This document shows, in pieces, positions 38,607 through 48,590 of a stretch of 64,000 nucleotides of DNA. Source of the DNA: Candidatus Nomurabacteria bacterium (GTDB taxonomy: Bacteria > Patescibacteriota > Minisyncoccia > Phycocordibacterales > UBA918). Each line of letters begins with the position of its first letter. The first letter of the stretch is position 1. The notes under the pieces are model-generated. The model searched no databases. It was not told the DNA's origin and saw only the letters and a program-made list of their open reading frames with translations. Position numbers and translations under genes: made by a program. The stretch covers positions 156,949 through 220,948 of the forward strand of contig JACKGI010000001.1 in assembly GCA_020632015.1 (NCBI GenBank). Reading direction: 5' to 3'.

Positions 38607-40823
38607 TTAGAATCGACTTTCTTCCTCTTCTTCACCGTCGTCATCCTCCGTGTCATCCTCGGACGCTGTTTCTGCTGTGGCCAGAATCTCTCGGGCCTTA
38701 GAGCCGTCGGCTGGACCAATTACTCCATTTTCTTCCAGTAGGTCCATCAGTCTGGCTGCTCTAGAGTAGCCCACCCGAAGCTTTCGTTGGATGTATGAAG
38801 TTGAAGCCTTGCCAGCTTCCATAACTGCGTACTTGGCGTCTTCGTAGAGGTCATCACCAGCATCATCTCCACCTCCAACCATTGCGTTGAAGACAGCATC
38901 ATTGCTAGAACTAGTAGCTTCGTCGAAGTTTATTGTGTCTAGTTCATGCGCATCTTGGTTTTTCAGGTAATCAACAACTTTTTTGATTTCCTCCTCAGAA
39001 ACGTATGCTGATTGCAGACGAACTGGTTTCGGACTGTCAGAAGAGAGGTATAACATGTCTCCAGCTCCAAGGAGCTTTTCAGCGCCGGGAGTATCAAGAA
39101 TTGTTCTTGAGTCAATTTGTGAGGCCACCATCAGAGCTACACGGGTAGGAATATTGGCCTTAATCGTACCAGTAATAACGTTAACAGATGGTCTTTGAGT
39201 AGCCAGAATAAGGTGGATACCAACCGCACGACTCATCTGAGCCAATCGGACGATACAAGCTTCTAGTTCACGAGGGAAGGCCTGCATGATGTCGTTAAGC
39301 TCATCTAGGATGATTACTATATAAGGTAGAGCTTCAGGAAGGTTGATTCTTTCTTCTGGGTCAGAGCCGTTTTCTTCCCATTCCTTCTTGGCCGGTTTAT
39401 AGACAGCTTCGTGGTATGAATGGAGGTTTTGTTTTCCTTCTGCCTCAAGTATGTCATACCGTCTTTCCATTTCTTTTACTGCCCACGAAAGTGCTTGAAT
39501 CGTCTTTTTGGCATTTGTGATTACCGGAGTCAGTAAGTGAGGGATTTTGTTATAAAGCGTCATTTCAACTCTTTTTGGGTCCACCAAGATAAATCTTAGT
39601 TGGTCAGGCGAGTTTCGGTATAGTAGGGAGATAATGATGTTGTGAATTGCTACAGACTTACCAGCTCCAGTTGTACCAGCAATCAGTCCATGAGGCATTC
39701 TGGCGATGTTAGAGAAATGAACATTTCCAGTCACATCTTTCCCAAGAGCGACAATCAGAGGGTGAGGTGAGTCTGTGTACTCAGGAATCGAAAGCATCGA
39801 AGCTAGTCCAACAGTAGCTCTGGTTTGATTTGGTACCTCGATACCGACCAAAGACTTACCAGGGATAGGGGCCTCGATACGAATCGAGCTCGCCTTGAGA
39901 GCAAGTTGAAGTTCCTGTTGTAGACCAGCGATTTTGGCGATACGTACACCTTGGGCTGGTTTGAGTGCGTATCGAGTAATGGTCGGTCCACTTTCTACAG
40001 CGTCCATTTCTACGCTAATACCAAACTCTCGAAGTGTGCGCTTGATTGTATTTGCGTTGGCTTTTACATCGCCTATCTGAGCTTTCCCTTTTTCTTTATT
40101 TAGAAGTGATAGAGAAGGGGCGACATATGTACCGTTGAAGTTTTTAACCAAAATGTCATTGTTCTTCATTTTTCCAAGACTGGCCATTTTTTTGGTAACT
40201 GAGGATAGGGTAGATGAACTTTCTTCCTCGTCTTGATTCTCGTCGGACTCATCCTCTTCTTCAGGGTATTCATCCTCTTCTATATCGAGAGCTTCAATGT
40301 CGCTATCGTCCTCTAGTTCTGTTTCTTTGTTTCGGTTTAGGAAAGGAATACGAAGGCCGGTGTTAAAAAGTAGAAACATCGAAATAAGTACCAGGCCAAA
40401 AATCAATACAGTAGTGACAGCTGTCCCAAGCATGGCTACTAGTGGCCATGCGATGCCGAGTCCAATATAGCCACCTTGTCCTTCGCTGTAGAGTTCGAGT
40501 GCTCCTAGTAATGTCACAAACAAAAGGACTGTTCCAGTTATCTTGGCACCGCTCACTTGTTGGTCATCCTCACGCGGATTTAGGAGTACATATATATAGA
40601 CTGAGCAGGCAAGGGGTGCCAACCAAGCGCCTCCACCAAATAGCGCCTGAAGAGCTGTTTCAGTAAAGCGACCAACTGGTCCTGCGTAGTCCAATAAAGA
40701 GAATAAGAAAAAGACAGCAATGATTCCCATTACTACTGCCCAAATCGCTTGTCTTGCGTGTGGGGTAAGGTCTTCAAAAAGTGGCTTTTTCTCCACCTTT
40801 GTCTTTCGTTTCTTTCGTGCCAT
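38607..40823 (-). CDS. ftsK: DNA translocase FtsK/SpoIIIE
   Basis: N-terminal TM segments, an acidic linker and an FtsK motor domain (GTTGAGKS Walker A, ATQRPS), with a C-terminal gamma (winged-helix) domain. Confidence 0.9.
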   Translation of the reverse strand: MARKKRKTKVEKKPLFEDLTPHARQAIWAVVMGIIAVFFLFSLLDYAGPVGRFTETALQALFGGGAWLAPLACSVYIYVLLNPREDDQQVSGAKITGTVLLFVTLLGALELYSEGQGGYIGLGIAWPLVAMLGTAVTTVLIFGLVLISMFLLFNTGLRIPFLNRNKETELEDDSDIEALDIEEDEYPEEEDESDENQDEEESSSTLSSVTKKMASLGKMKNNDILVKNFNGTYVAPSLSLLNKEKGKAQIGDVKANANTIKRTLREFGISVEMDAVESGPTITRYALKPAQGVRIAKIAGLQQELQLALKASSIRIEAPIPGKSLVGIEVPNQTRATVGLASMLSIPEYTDSPHPLIVALGKDVTGNVHFSNIARMPHGLIAGTTGAGKSVAIHNIIISLLYRNSPDQLRFILVDPKRVEMTLYNKIPHLLTPVITNAKKTIQALSWAVKEMERRYDILEAEGKQNLHSYHEAVYKPAKKEWEENGSDPEERINLPEALPYIVIILDELNDIMQAFPRELEACIVRLAQMSRAVGIHLILATQRPSVNVITGTIKANIPTRVALMVASQIDSRTILDTPGAEKLLGAGDMLYLSSDSPKPVRLQSAYVSEEEIKKVVDYLKNQDAHELDTINFDEATSSSNDAVFNAMVGGGDDAGDDLYEDAKYAVMEAGKASTSYIQRKLRVGYSRAARLMDLLEENGVIGPADGSKAREILATAETASEDDTEDDDGEEEEESRF

Positions 40824-41024
40824 AGAAGCTAATTCATGCGTACAAATATCCGGTAATTAATACCTCCATAATATCATGTAAGGCATAAATAAGCCTTGAT
40901 TATAAAACCCAGTATTGATAATTAGGGACAAAGACCGTGTCCCTTGCAAAGTTTCCAAATGTCTTTATAGTAGGTATAACGTACAGCTCAAAGTCCTTAA
41001 CAGGAACATAAAGACACAAAGACT

Positions 41025-41753
41025 ATGCAAACAGAAAAAGACAAAACAATACATCTTCAAAGACTCTCAAGCGACACGGGATACTATAATAATGTCTTTA
41101 AAAAGACTGAAAAGATTGTGTCTGTTACCTTGTACATAATGTCTGAGACAAAAGAAACAAAGGCCACAGAGACACATATACAAACTATAAAGGACAGAGC
41201 GCTAAGGACACACGAGTTGTCCCTTGAGACACTAATGCTTCAGCCTCACGAACAACCAGAAGGTATCTTGAGATTCCAATATGCTGTAGTGGCATTAGAT
41301 AGTACTTTGCGGGTGGCTCATATGAGTAAGGTGATTCCGACTGACATCTTTACTCTTTTGGTAGATCAGCTAGATACAGTTCTGCGCTATGTGAACAATC
41401 ATTATCTACAAAACCAGGGTATCGCTGTTGATGAAATGGTCGATGGATTGGTATCCAAAAGTAAGGTGAGCAAGGCGAGCGCAACCCCGTCCACAAGACA
41501 GCGAAGAGTGAATATTCCAGCAGGGGACATCAGTACAGATGCTTACTTGGTATACAGCCAGATGACCGATAGAGCGGAGCGGATAAAGACAGTCCTTGAG
41601 GCAAAACCACAAGCTACAGTAAAAGACATCTCAGAAGTCATTACAGATGTAAGTGAAAAGACTATTCAACGTGAACTTAATAGTCTCATAGAAAAAGGAC
41701 AAGTTGTAAGAGAAGGAGAAAGACGTTGGTCTAAATACTCAGTTAAGAAATAA
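41025..41753 (+). CDS. hypothetical protein with a C-terminal winged-helix DNA-binding domain
   Basis: The C-terminus (ATVKDISEVITDVSEKTIQRELNSLIEKGQVVREGERRWSKYSV) fits a wHTH. The true start is likely an internal Met downstream of the second GGACA-N7-TGTCC palindrome. Confidence 0.35.
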   Translation: MQTEKDKTIHLQRLSSDTGYYNNVFKKTEKIVSVTLYIMSETKETKATETHIQTIKDRALRTHELSLETLMLQPHEQPEGILRFQYAVVALDSTLRVAHMSKVIPTDIFTLLVDQLDTVLRYVNNHYLQNQGIAVDEMVDGLVSKSKVSKASATPSTRQRRVNIPAGDISTDAYLVYSQMTDRAERIKTVLEAKPQATVKDISEVITDVSEKTIQRELNSLIEKGQVVREGERRWSKYSVKK

Positions 41754-42558
41754 ATCTAAAGTGTGGCCTTTAGGGGTTGACTATAACTGTCTTTGAGAGT
41801 AACAATAGTCTCAGAGTCACTGTGAACTATTAGAGACAATATCAGTTTGATAGCTGTCTACAGAAGCACGTGTATTTGGTCTAAGACTCATCTCGAGTTC
41901 ATGATCAAGGTCGCATGCCTTTACGTTGGATTTGCTACCTTTGTTTTTTTGTTTTGTAGTTTACTTGCGTGTAAGAAGCCTCTATATCTAGCGTCTTCTA
42001 TACCAGAGCACAAAGAAGGTATTTTTCGTTTTGATTTTCAATGCGTAAGTCAGGTAGATGTCATTTTTGTATACAAGTCTGTGTCTCCACAAGACCATGT
42101 ATCCACAACCTGTGAACTCTACTAATGACAAAAAGAATGCTATTATCTTTGTACGCGCTAGTGCGCTTTTTTTCTAAGCTTATGACTCGTAACGTGCAGT
42201 CCACGTCTACGTCCTTAAGCAACTAGAGAAGGCACTGGTGGGGATGTCCTTTGACAACGAGTGTATTAAATACTCTACATATGAAACACAATCCGTAACA
42301 ACGAAAAGTCGTTGTTGCTTACCGACTAACCTTATCCCGTAAGATGACCGCCTCACAGATATTCAGACCAGTCTCGCAGCTAACCTTCACAATTATGTTT
42401 TGGGGGAAACAAAACATTAGTGTGGAGTTAGTGATATTAGGTAAGTGATGTGATAACCACTTACTAATATGAATTAATTCATATTATTAGAACTATCAAT
42501 TTAACGTCTCGAAAGAGACACGCGTATTAACAAACGCAAATTACAAAAAATTATACTT

Positions 42559-44541
42559 ATGACTATTGCAAAAGATTTTGCTGCAAAGCTCGCTGTAGCT
42601 TTCGTAGCTGCTGCAATGATCTTCTCAGCATTTGCTCCAGCAGCAAAGGCACAAACAACAGAAGAACTTCAGCAAATGATCAATGACCTACTTGCACAAG
42701 TAGCAGCTCTACAGTCTTCAACAGGACAAGGAGCTACTGGTGTTGCATCAGGTGTATGTCCTTACACATGGACACGTGACCTTTCATCAGGTTCAACAGG
42801 AGGAGATGTTATGAAGCTACAACAATTCCTAAACGCTGACCCAGACACACGAGTGGCTGCTACAGGCGCAGGATCAGTTGGAGCAGAAACTGACTACTAC
42901 GGACCAGCAACAGCAGCAGCTGTTTCTAAGTTCCAAGTTAAGTACCGTTCAGACATTCTTTCACCAGCAAACCTAGTTAACCCAACAGGTTACTTTGGTC
43001 CATCTTCACGAACAAAGGCAAATGGCCTATGTGTATCTGCTCCAGTAGTAGAAGATGACACAATGGATGATTCAGATGATTCAGATGATTCTTCAGATGT
43101 AACTCTAGGAGGAGAAGCTGATCTAGAAACATTCGAAATCGATGATGCTGATGATTCAGATATTGAAGAAGGACAAGAAGATGTAGAAATCGCAGAAATC
43201 ACTATTTCATTTGAAAACGGTGATGCTGAAATTTCACGACTTGATCTTGCTTTCACACGAACAGGAGCTGATGCTTGGGATGCTTTTGAAACTATCTCTC
43301 TATGGGTAGATGGTGACAAAGTAGCTGAGAATAGCGCTGACTCAAAGAAAGATTATCTAGGCGATGAAGATAACGGAATTATCCGCTTCTCAGGTCTTGA
43401 TCTAATCGGAATGGAAGACGAAGATCTTGTTATCGTCGTTGCTGCATCAATCCAAAACAATCTTGATGCTGAAGAATTAGGAACATGGGATGTTGACGGA
43501 ATCGCACTTCGATTCTTCGATGCTGACGGTGTTGCTACTACAGAAGACGGATCTCCTGTAACTGACGATACAGCTAACTTCACTATTGAAGTTGAAGGTA
43601 CTGATGATGAGGTTATCATCAAGACTTCTTCAGACGATCCAGATTCAACAACTCTTCAACTAGATGATAGTAAGAAGACTAAGGATGTTACTATCTTCGC
43701 GTTTGACATCGATACTGATGATTCAACAAACGACATTACTGTTGATGAGATCGTAGTTGACGTTGATTCTACAGAAGATGGAACAACTCCTACTACTACA
43801 GATCTTCTTATCAGCGACGCACAACTTGTTGTTGATGGAGATGTTTACGATGACGTTACTATCACAGTATCTGGTTCACGATTCACATTTGATCTTGATG
43901 AAGAACTAGTTATTGACGCTGGTGACCGAGTAACAGTTGAAGTACAAGTTGATTTCCTAAGTCTTTCTACTTACCTAGAAGGAGCAACTGTACAAGGTGA
44001 ATTCGTATCTATCGACGCTGAAGGCGCAGATACTATCACTGCATCAGGTGCAGCTCAAGGAGATGAACACACACTTCGAACTGAAGGTGCAGTTCTAGAG
44101 TTCGTAAGTTCTACTGAAACTCAGAAGGACAACAGTGATGCTACAACTACAGATGACTCAGGAACATTCGTTCTTAAGTTTGACGTAACAGCATTCGAAG
44201 CTGACTTGTTTATCAACAAAACAGCAGCTTCTGGAACAACTATGGGAACAGTTGGTGTTAACTACCTACTAACTGACGGTTCAGGATCAGTGGTTTCTGT
44301 TGGAACTCCAACACAGTCACTATCTTCAAGCGCAAAGACAGAAGGTGGTCAATACAAGATTGCTCAAGGTGAAACAGAGACATTTACACTTACTGTAAGT
44401 ATCGATCCAAATGCCACAGGATTCTATGGAGCACAAGTTTACAGCTTAAACTTCAAGACTTCTGCAGGTAACCCTGTTACACAACAGAAAGCTCTTCCAG
44501 CTGAAGATTACGAATCTGATCCACTTGAAATCAATAACTAA
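42559..44541 (+). CDS. secreted acidic protein with an N-terminal peptidoglycan-binding (PG_binding_1-like) domain; candidate abundant cell-surface protein
   Basis: Signal peptide ending AKAQT. GSTGGDVMKLQQFLN...YYGPATAAAVSKFQ is a PG-binding domain repeat. The remaining 450 aa is D/E/T-rich and repetitive. Codon usage is strongly biased. Confidence 0.5.
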   Translation: MTIAKDFAAKLAVAFVAAAMIFSAFAPAAKAQTTEELQQMINDLLAQVAALQSSTGQGATGVASGVCPYTWTRDLSSGSTGGDVMKLQQFLNADPDTRVAATGAGSVGAETDYYGPATAAAVSKFQVKYRSDILSPANLVNPTGYFGPSSRTKANGLCVSAPVVEDDTMDDSDDSDDSSDVTLGGEADLETFEIDDADDSDIEEGQEDVEIAEITISFENGDAEISRLDLAFTRTGADAWDAFETISLWVDGDKVAENSADSKKDYLGDEDNGIIRFSGLDLIGMEDEDLVIVVAASIQNNLDAEELGTWDVDGIALRFFDADGVATTEDGSPVTDDTANFTIEVEGTDDEVIIKTSSDDPDSTTLQLDDSKKTKDVTIFAFDIDTDDSTNDITVDEIVVDVDSTEDGTTPTTTDLLISDAQLVVDGDVYDDVTITVSGSRFTFDLDEELVIDAGDRVTVEVQVDFLSLSTYLEGATVQGEFVSIDAEGADTITASGAAQGDEHTLRTEGAVLEFVSSTETQKDNSDATTTDDSGTFVLKFDVTAFEADLFINKTAASGTTMGTVGVNYLLTDGSGSVVSVGTPTQSLSSSAKTEGGQYKIAQGETETFTLTVSIDPNATGFYGAQVYSLNFKTSAGNPVTQQKALPAEDYESDPLEINN

Positions 44542-44602
44542 TTTATTAGTTAATGATTCGAGCTCGGTAAAGACTTTCGTCTAATCTAAGTTAGAAAAAC
44601 AA

Positions 44603-44670
44603 AAAGCCCCTTCGGGGGCTTTTTTGTTTTTAAACCGGCCAAAATCCTAAAGGATTTTGGCCGGTTTTTG
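44603..44670 (+). terminator. tandem rho-independent terminators
   Basis: aaaaagccccttcgggggcttttttg followed by aaaccggccaaaatcctaaaggattttggccggtttttg. Confidence 0.8.
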
Positions 44671-44850
44671 TTTTGGTCTGCTATAATAGTCTCAATGAAT
44701 CCAAATAGCCGAGTCTCGAGAGTGAAAGAAAAATTAATGAATAAAAGTTTTTATCGATTCCTGTTTAGCTTTATCGCTGTTATTGCTGGGGTGTTGTTAT
44801 TTATTCTGGTAGTGGGTGTGGGAAGTGGGGTACAATAACACAATCTAATT

Positions 44851-45330
44851 ATGCTTCGTATTACTGATCAGTACTTTTGGAATTTTGTCTTCGGATTATT
44901 TTTTCTGATTCTCGTTATAATGGGAGCAATTATTCTCGAGACTGAAGCGAGAATTCCCTTGGTGGATTTAGAGCTGGTTGATTATGTCCTTATCACCCTA
45001 GCTTCGTGGCGACTGACTAGACTGTTTGTTTACGATATTATCACTAAGTTTTTTCGAGAACAATTTTGGGATGTAAAGAAAGTAGGGAAGGGATATCAGT
45101 TAGAGAAACCAAAAACAGGCCCTAGACGGACATTGGCCGACTTGATGGATTGTCCGTGGTGCTTTGGGGTCTGGGCTACTGCTGTGGTAACTTTCTTTTA
45201 TCTGATGACTCCTTATGCTGTCTTTCCGGTTGTTTTATTGGCACTTTCCGCAGTCGCAACTTTTCTACAATTAGCATCTAATCTAGTTGGTCATAAAGCA
45301 GAAAGGTTAAAGAATGAAAATGGAGGGTAG
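44851..45330 (+). CDS. membrane protein with a conserved CPWCxGxW motif (DUF1360-like, hypothetical)
   Basis: 4 TM helices. CPWCFGVWATAVV lies at the start of TM3. Terminator at 45340-45377. Confidence 0.35.
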   Translation: MLRITDQYFWNFVFGLFFLILVIMGAIILETEARIPLVDLELVDYVLITLASWRLTRLFVYDIITKFFREQFWDVKKVGKGYQLEKPKTGPRRTLADLMDCPWCFGVWATAVVTFFYLMTPYAVFPVVLLALSAVATFLQLASNLVGHKAERLKNENGG

Positions 45331-45555
45331 TGTTTAAGAAAAGGCCGGCGCCCAAGGGCGCCGGCCTTTTCTTTTTTAAATATTCTGATATAGTGTCCTG
45401 CAACAGGCTCATGACAGCTGGTCTGATATCGAAAAGGATATCAGGTAATGAACCAATTGGTTCGCCCGCCGAGGTCCAACTATTTTATTTTAGTTTGGCA
45501 GGTCGAGCCCCTCATATATATGATGGGCCTGTTTTTAAAAGTAATCCATATTCAC

Positions 45556-46044
45556 ATGGCAATTACAAAAGCTAAAAAGCAAACAATCCTCGCAAAACTA
45601 GATGGAGTCAAGAAAGATTCTGAATCTATCGTATTTGTTAAGTTCAACGGACTTGGAGTTCAAGACTCAACTGCGATGCGAGCGACATTGCGAGAAGAAG
45701 GAGTAGGGTACTTTGTGGCCAAGAAAACACTAATGAAACGAGCTTTCGATGGTGCTTTCGAAGGAGAAATGCCCGCTCTTGAAGGAGAAATCGCCGTTGC
45801 TTACAGCACCGACGCTATCGCTCCAGCCCAAAAGATTAAAGAATTTGCCGGTAAGTACAAAGACAACCTTTCTATTGCAGGAGGAGTCTTCCAAGGTGTT
45901 TATAAAGACGCTGTAGAAATGACTGAGATTGCTTCAATCCCAGCTCTACCAGTACTACGAGGTATGTTCGTAAATGTTATTAACTCACCAATCCAAGGAC
46001 TTGTTCTAGGATTGAACGCTATCGCAGAGAAGAAAAGCGCCTAG
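45556..46044 (+). CDS. rplJ: 50S ribosomal protein L10
   Basis: MAITKAKKQTILAKLDGVKKDSESIVFVKFNGLGV matches the L10 N-terminus. Start at the internal ATG at 45556. Confidence 0.85.
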   Translation: MAITKAKKQTILAKLDGVKKDSESIVFVKFNGLGVQDSTAMRATLREEGVGYFVAKKTLMKRAFDGAFEGEMPALEGEIAVAYSTDAIAPAQKIKEFAGKYKDNLSIAGGVFQGVYKDAVEMTEIASIPALPVLRGMFVNVINSPIQGLVLGLNAIAEKKSA

Positions 46045-46183
46045 TTCACATCATCTGCTTTGTCGCACTGCAGAAATTTTATCTTACCGTACTACTAAGT
46101 ACGACTCGAAAAAATTTCTTTGTGCTTCGCGCAGCTAATGCAACCTAGACCCTTTTATATCGATAGAGATTAAAATTAAAATT

Positions 46184-46684
46184 ATGTCAGAAGAAACAAA
46201 AGACGTAGCAGTAGAAGAAACTGCGACTCCAGAAGTAGCGGTTGAAGAAACTAAGGAAGAAGCTGCTCCGGCAGTAGAAGAAAAAGCATCAGATGCTGAT
46301 GAGACAGTAGAAGTACCAGCAGAATTCAAGAAGCTTGTAGAGCAAGTTGAAGAAATGTCAGTACTACAACTACATGAACTAGTTAAGGTTCTTGAAAAGC
46401 GATTCGGAGTATCAGCTTCTGCAGTAGCAGTAGCAGGTCCAGCTGCTGGTGGAGACGCTGGTGGTGAAGAGCAATCAGAATTCACAGTAGAACTAACAGA
46501 AGCTGGTGCGCAAAAGATTGCGGTTATCAAGGCTGTTAAGGAAGCTTGTGGTCTAGGACTAAAGGAAGCAAAGGAAATGGTTGACGGAGCTCCTGCTGTT
46601 GTTAAGGAAAACCTTAAGAAAGAAGATGCAGAAGCACTAAAGGCTAAGCTTGAAGAAGCTGGAGCTAAGGTTACATTGAAATAG
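46184..46684 (+). CDS. rplL: 50S ribosomal protein L7/L12
   Basis: A/E-rich hinge. The C-terminal domain ([53 protein letters not shown]) is canonical L12. Terminator at 46706-46733. Confidence 0.9.
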   Translation: MSEETKDVAVEETATPEVAVEETKEEAAPAVEEKASDADETVEVPAEFKKLVEQVEEMSVLQLHELVKVLEKRFGVSASAVAVAGPAAGGDAGGEEQSEFTVELTEAGAQKIAVIKAVKEACGLGLKEAKEMVDGAPAVVKENLKKEDAEALKAKLEEAGAKVTLK

Positions 46685-46737
46685 TGTTTACACACTATGA
46701 CAAAGAAAAAACGGACTTCGGTCCGTTTTTTCTTTGT

Positions 46738-46862
46738 GTGACCTTAGCTCCAGGGTCGGAGCGCTTCGTCCGGGGGACGAAATAGCGCGAGGCGGGGTCG
46801 CGAGCCCAGAAAATAATGACTGCAAGGAATATATTTCTGAGGACTTGTGACGGAGCTAAAGT
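46738..46862 (+). ncRNA. unassigned GC-rich structured RNA-like element (about 125 nt) with its own terminator
   Basis: In a roughly 40% GC context this block is over 60% GC. A closing helix ccttagctcc/ggagctaa(a)g encloses hairpins ttcgtcc-ggg-ggacgaa and cgcga-ggcgggg-tcgcg. It is followed by a separate strong terminator at 46894-46927. No family could be assigned by eye. Confidence 0.3.
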
Positions 46863-46976
46863 TACTTTGAAATAAGTTTCTCTTAAGTTAATAAAAAGGC
46901 GCGAACCTTAAGGTTCGCGCCTTTTTATTACGTCAGTTACGACATTTTCCTTAAAAGCTGTCTACAGACCCTTTGT

Positions 46977-46985
46977 GATATAATC
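46977..46985 (+). promoter_or_regulatory. extended -10 promoter element TGATATAAT
   Basis: Exact TGATATAAT lies 17 nt upstream of the ATG at 47002. Confidence 0.45.
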
Positions 46986-47001
46986 GCCTCATAATCACAG
47001 T

Positions 47002-47637
47002 ATGGCAGACCCACTTTCAATCCTGTTTGGTAGCACTGCAAGAGTAAAACTCCTCCGATTTTTCTTGTTTAATCCTTCTAAGGAATTTCTTTTTGATGAT
47101 ATTAGTCGTCGAGCTAAGCTGGTGCGTCGGACTGCTCGGACAGAAATTTCTGCACTTGAAAAAGCAGGTGTTATTAAGCAAAAGACCATGTACATAGAGG
47201 TGGAGGGTAAGTCAAAGAAGATGAAAGCGGTTGGCTATGTACTAAACAAGGATTTTCAGGAACTCCAAGCATTACAAACTTTTCTATTTGAAACCGCACC
47301 AATCGATGGGAAAAATTTACTAAAGCACCTACGACAAGCAGGTGTATTGGATTTTGTCGGTATTGCAGGTGTGTTTGTGCGAGACTTTGAACAACGTCTC
47401 GATGTTCTTCTTTCAATGAAGAAGTTTTCTCAGTCTAAAGTAGAAAAAGCAATCCGCTCGCTTGAGGCTGAAGTAGGGATTGAGATTCGGTTTGCTGCCA
47501 TGTCTTCTGAAGATTTGATGTATAGAGTAGGGATGTACGACAAGTTAACTAGAGATTTCTTTGATTACAACCATCAGGTTCTGGTCGACAAGATTGGCGT
47601 AAAGGATGAAGTGACTTCACATACATATAGAATGTAA
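47002..47637 (+). CDS. hypothetical protein with an N-terminal winged-helix-like segment
   Basis: 211 aa. STARVKLLRFFLFNP...ISRRAKLVRRTARTEISALEKAGVIKQ suggests a wHTH. The C-terminal domain is unknown. Confidence 0.35.
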   Translation: MADPLSILFGSTARVKLLRFFLFNPSKEFLFDDISRRAKLVRRTARTEISALEKAGVIKQKTMYIEVEGKSKKMKAVGYVLNKDFQELQALQTFLFETAPIDGKNLLKHLRQAGVLDFVGIAGVFVRDFEQRLDVLLSMKKFSQSKVEKAIRSLEAEVGIEIRFAAMSSEDLMYRVGMYDKLTRDFFDYNHQVLVDKIGVKDEVTSHTYRM

Positions 47638-47780
47638 AATGAGCAAAAGAGCGTAAGCGACTATTGCGAATTTTCACCAGCAAATCGACCCTGACTCAGG
47701 GAGACTTATCGGAGCATGAACATCTGGTATTACAGTGAAAACAATGAACTTTCCCCTAGACCTGATGGTAAAATAATTCC

Positions 47781-48482
47781 ATGTCTAGTAGGGGTCAAAA
47801 ACTAACCGACCGAGAACAACGAGTAGAAGATTGGTTTGAGCTACCAATGATGCTGGTGACAGCGCTTTTGGTGGTCACTTTAATGATTCCAATTATCATG
47901 AGTCTGCCTGCTGTGTGGGTTAGAGTTTTTGCTACTATAAATTTCGTAATTTGGTTCGCTTTTTATATTGAGTTATTTGCTAAATTGTATGTTGCAAAGA
48001 GTAAACTTGACGCGCTAAAACGAAATTGGTGGTTGGCAGTGATTGCTATCGCTCCGCTATTTTTGCCACTTAGGCTCATGAGACTATCTCGGTTAATTGG
48101 TTTAGTAAGATTTTTACGTCTGCAAAAAGCAGTTTCCAAAATGCGGAGTAGTCTCCGTGAGCTAATCTACAACATCGAGTATATACTGATTACCTTTACG
48201 ATATTTATTTTCTGCTCAGCTTTTATAATGTGGCAAATTGAAGCTCACTTTGATGGTTCAATAATTTCACTAGCGGATGCTTTGTGGTGGTCAGTCATTA
48301 CCATTACAACAATTGGTTACGGAGATGTTATTCCCACTTCTGCTGAAGGGAAGGTAGTAGGGGCGATTGTTAGTCTACTTGGTACCATCTTGTTTATGGT
48401 TTTTGTGGCCAGAGTGACCACATTGTTTGTTCATGATAAAGACATCGACACCTTGAAAAGAATGATAAAAAATAAAAAGTAA
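47781..48482 (+). CDS. voltage-gated potassium channel family protein (Kv/KvAP-like)
   Basis: Selectivity filter TTIGYGD. The S4-like helix has Arg/Lys at every third position (LRLMRLSRLIGLVRFLRLQK). 5-6 TM segments. Confidence 0.7.
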   Translation: MSSRGQKLTDREQRVEDWFELPMMLVTALLVVTLMIPIIMSLPAVWVRVFATINFVIWFAFYIELFAKLYVAKSKLDALKRNWWLAVIAIAPLFLPLRLMRLSRLIGLVRFLRLQKAVSKMRSSLRELIYNIEYILITFTIFIFCSAFIMWQIEAHFDGSIISLADALWWSVITITTIGYGDVIPTSAEGKVVGAIVSLLGTILFMVFVARVTTLFVHDKDIDTLKRMIKNKK

Positions 48483-48549
48483 GATCCCGATTAGACAAGT
48501 GTTTTATTTAGTGTTTTGGTTTTGTAGCCAGTAATAGGCCCTTTTTCAG

Positions 48550-48558
48550 TGATATAAT
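48550..48558 (+). promoter_or_regulatory. extended -10 promoter element TGATATAAT
   Basis: Exact TGATATAAT about 33 nt upstream of the ATG at 48591. Confidence 0.45.
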
Positions 48559-48590
48559 CAAGAAAGTATTATAAATAATAAATTATTTTT

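Noticed and set aside
43060-43200. Short tandem repeats (gatgattcagat...) that might suggest a CRISPR array or VNTR
   Set aside because: They lie in-frame inside the acidic surface-protein CDS and encode D/S/E repeats. There are no spacer-repeat periodicity and no cas genes. No CRISPR array is present anywhere in the window.
46738-46862. Assignment of the GC-rich element to SRP RNA, RNase P RNA, 6S RNA or a ZTP/guanidine riboswitch
   Set aside because: Conserved signature sequences are absent. These include the SRP domain IV GGAAGCAGCC-type motif, RNase P GGAAAGUCCGGGCUCC and 6S features. There is only a weak GGGUCG resemblance to ZTP, so the element is left unassigned.
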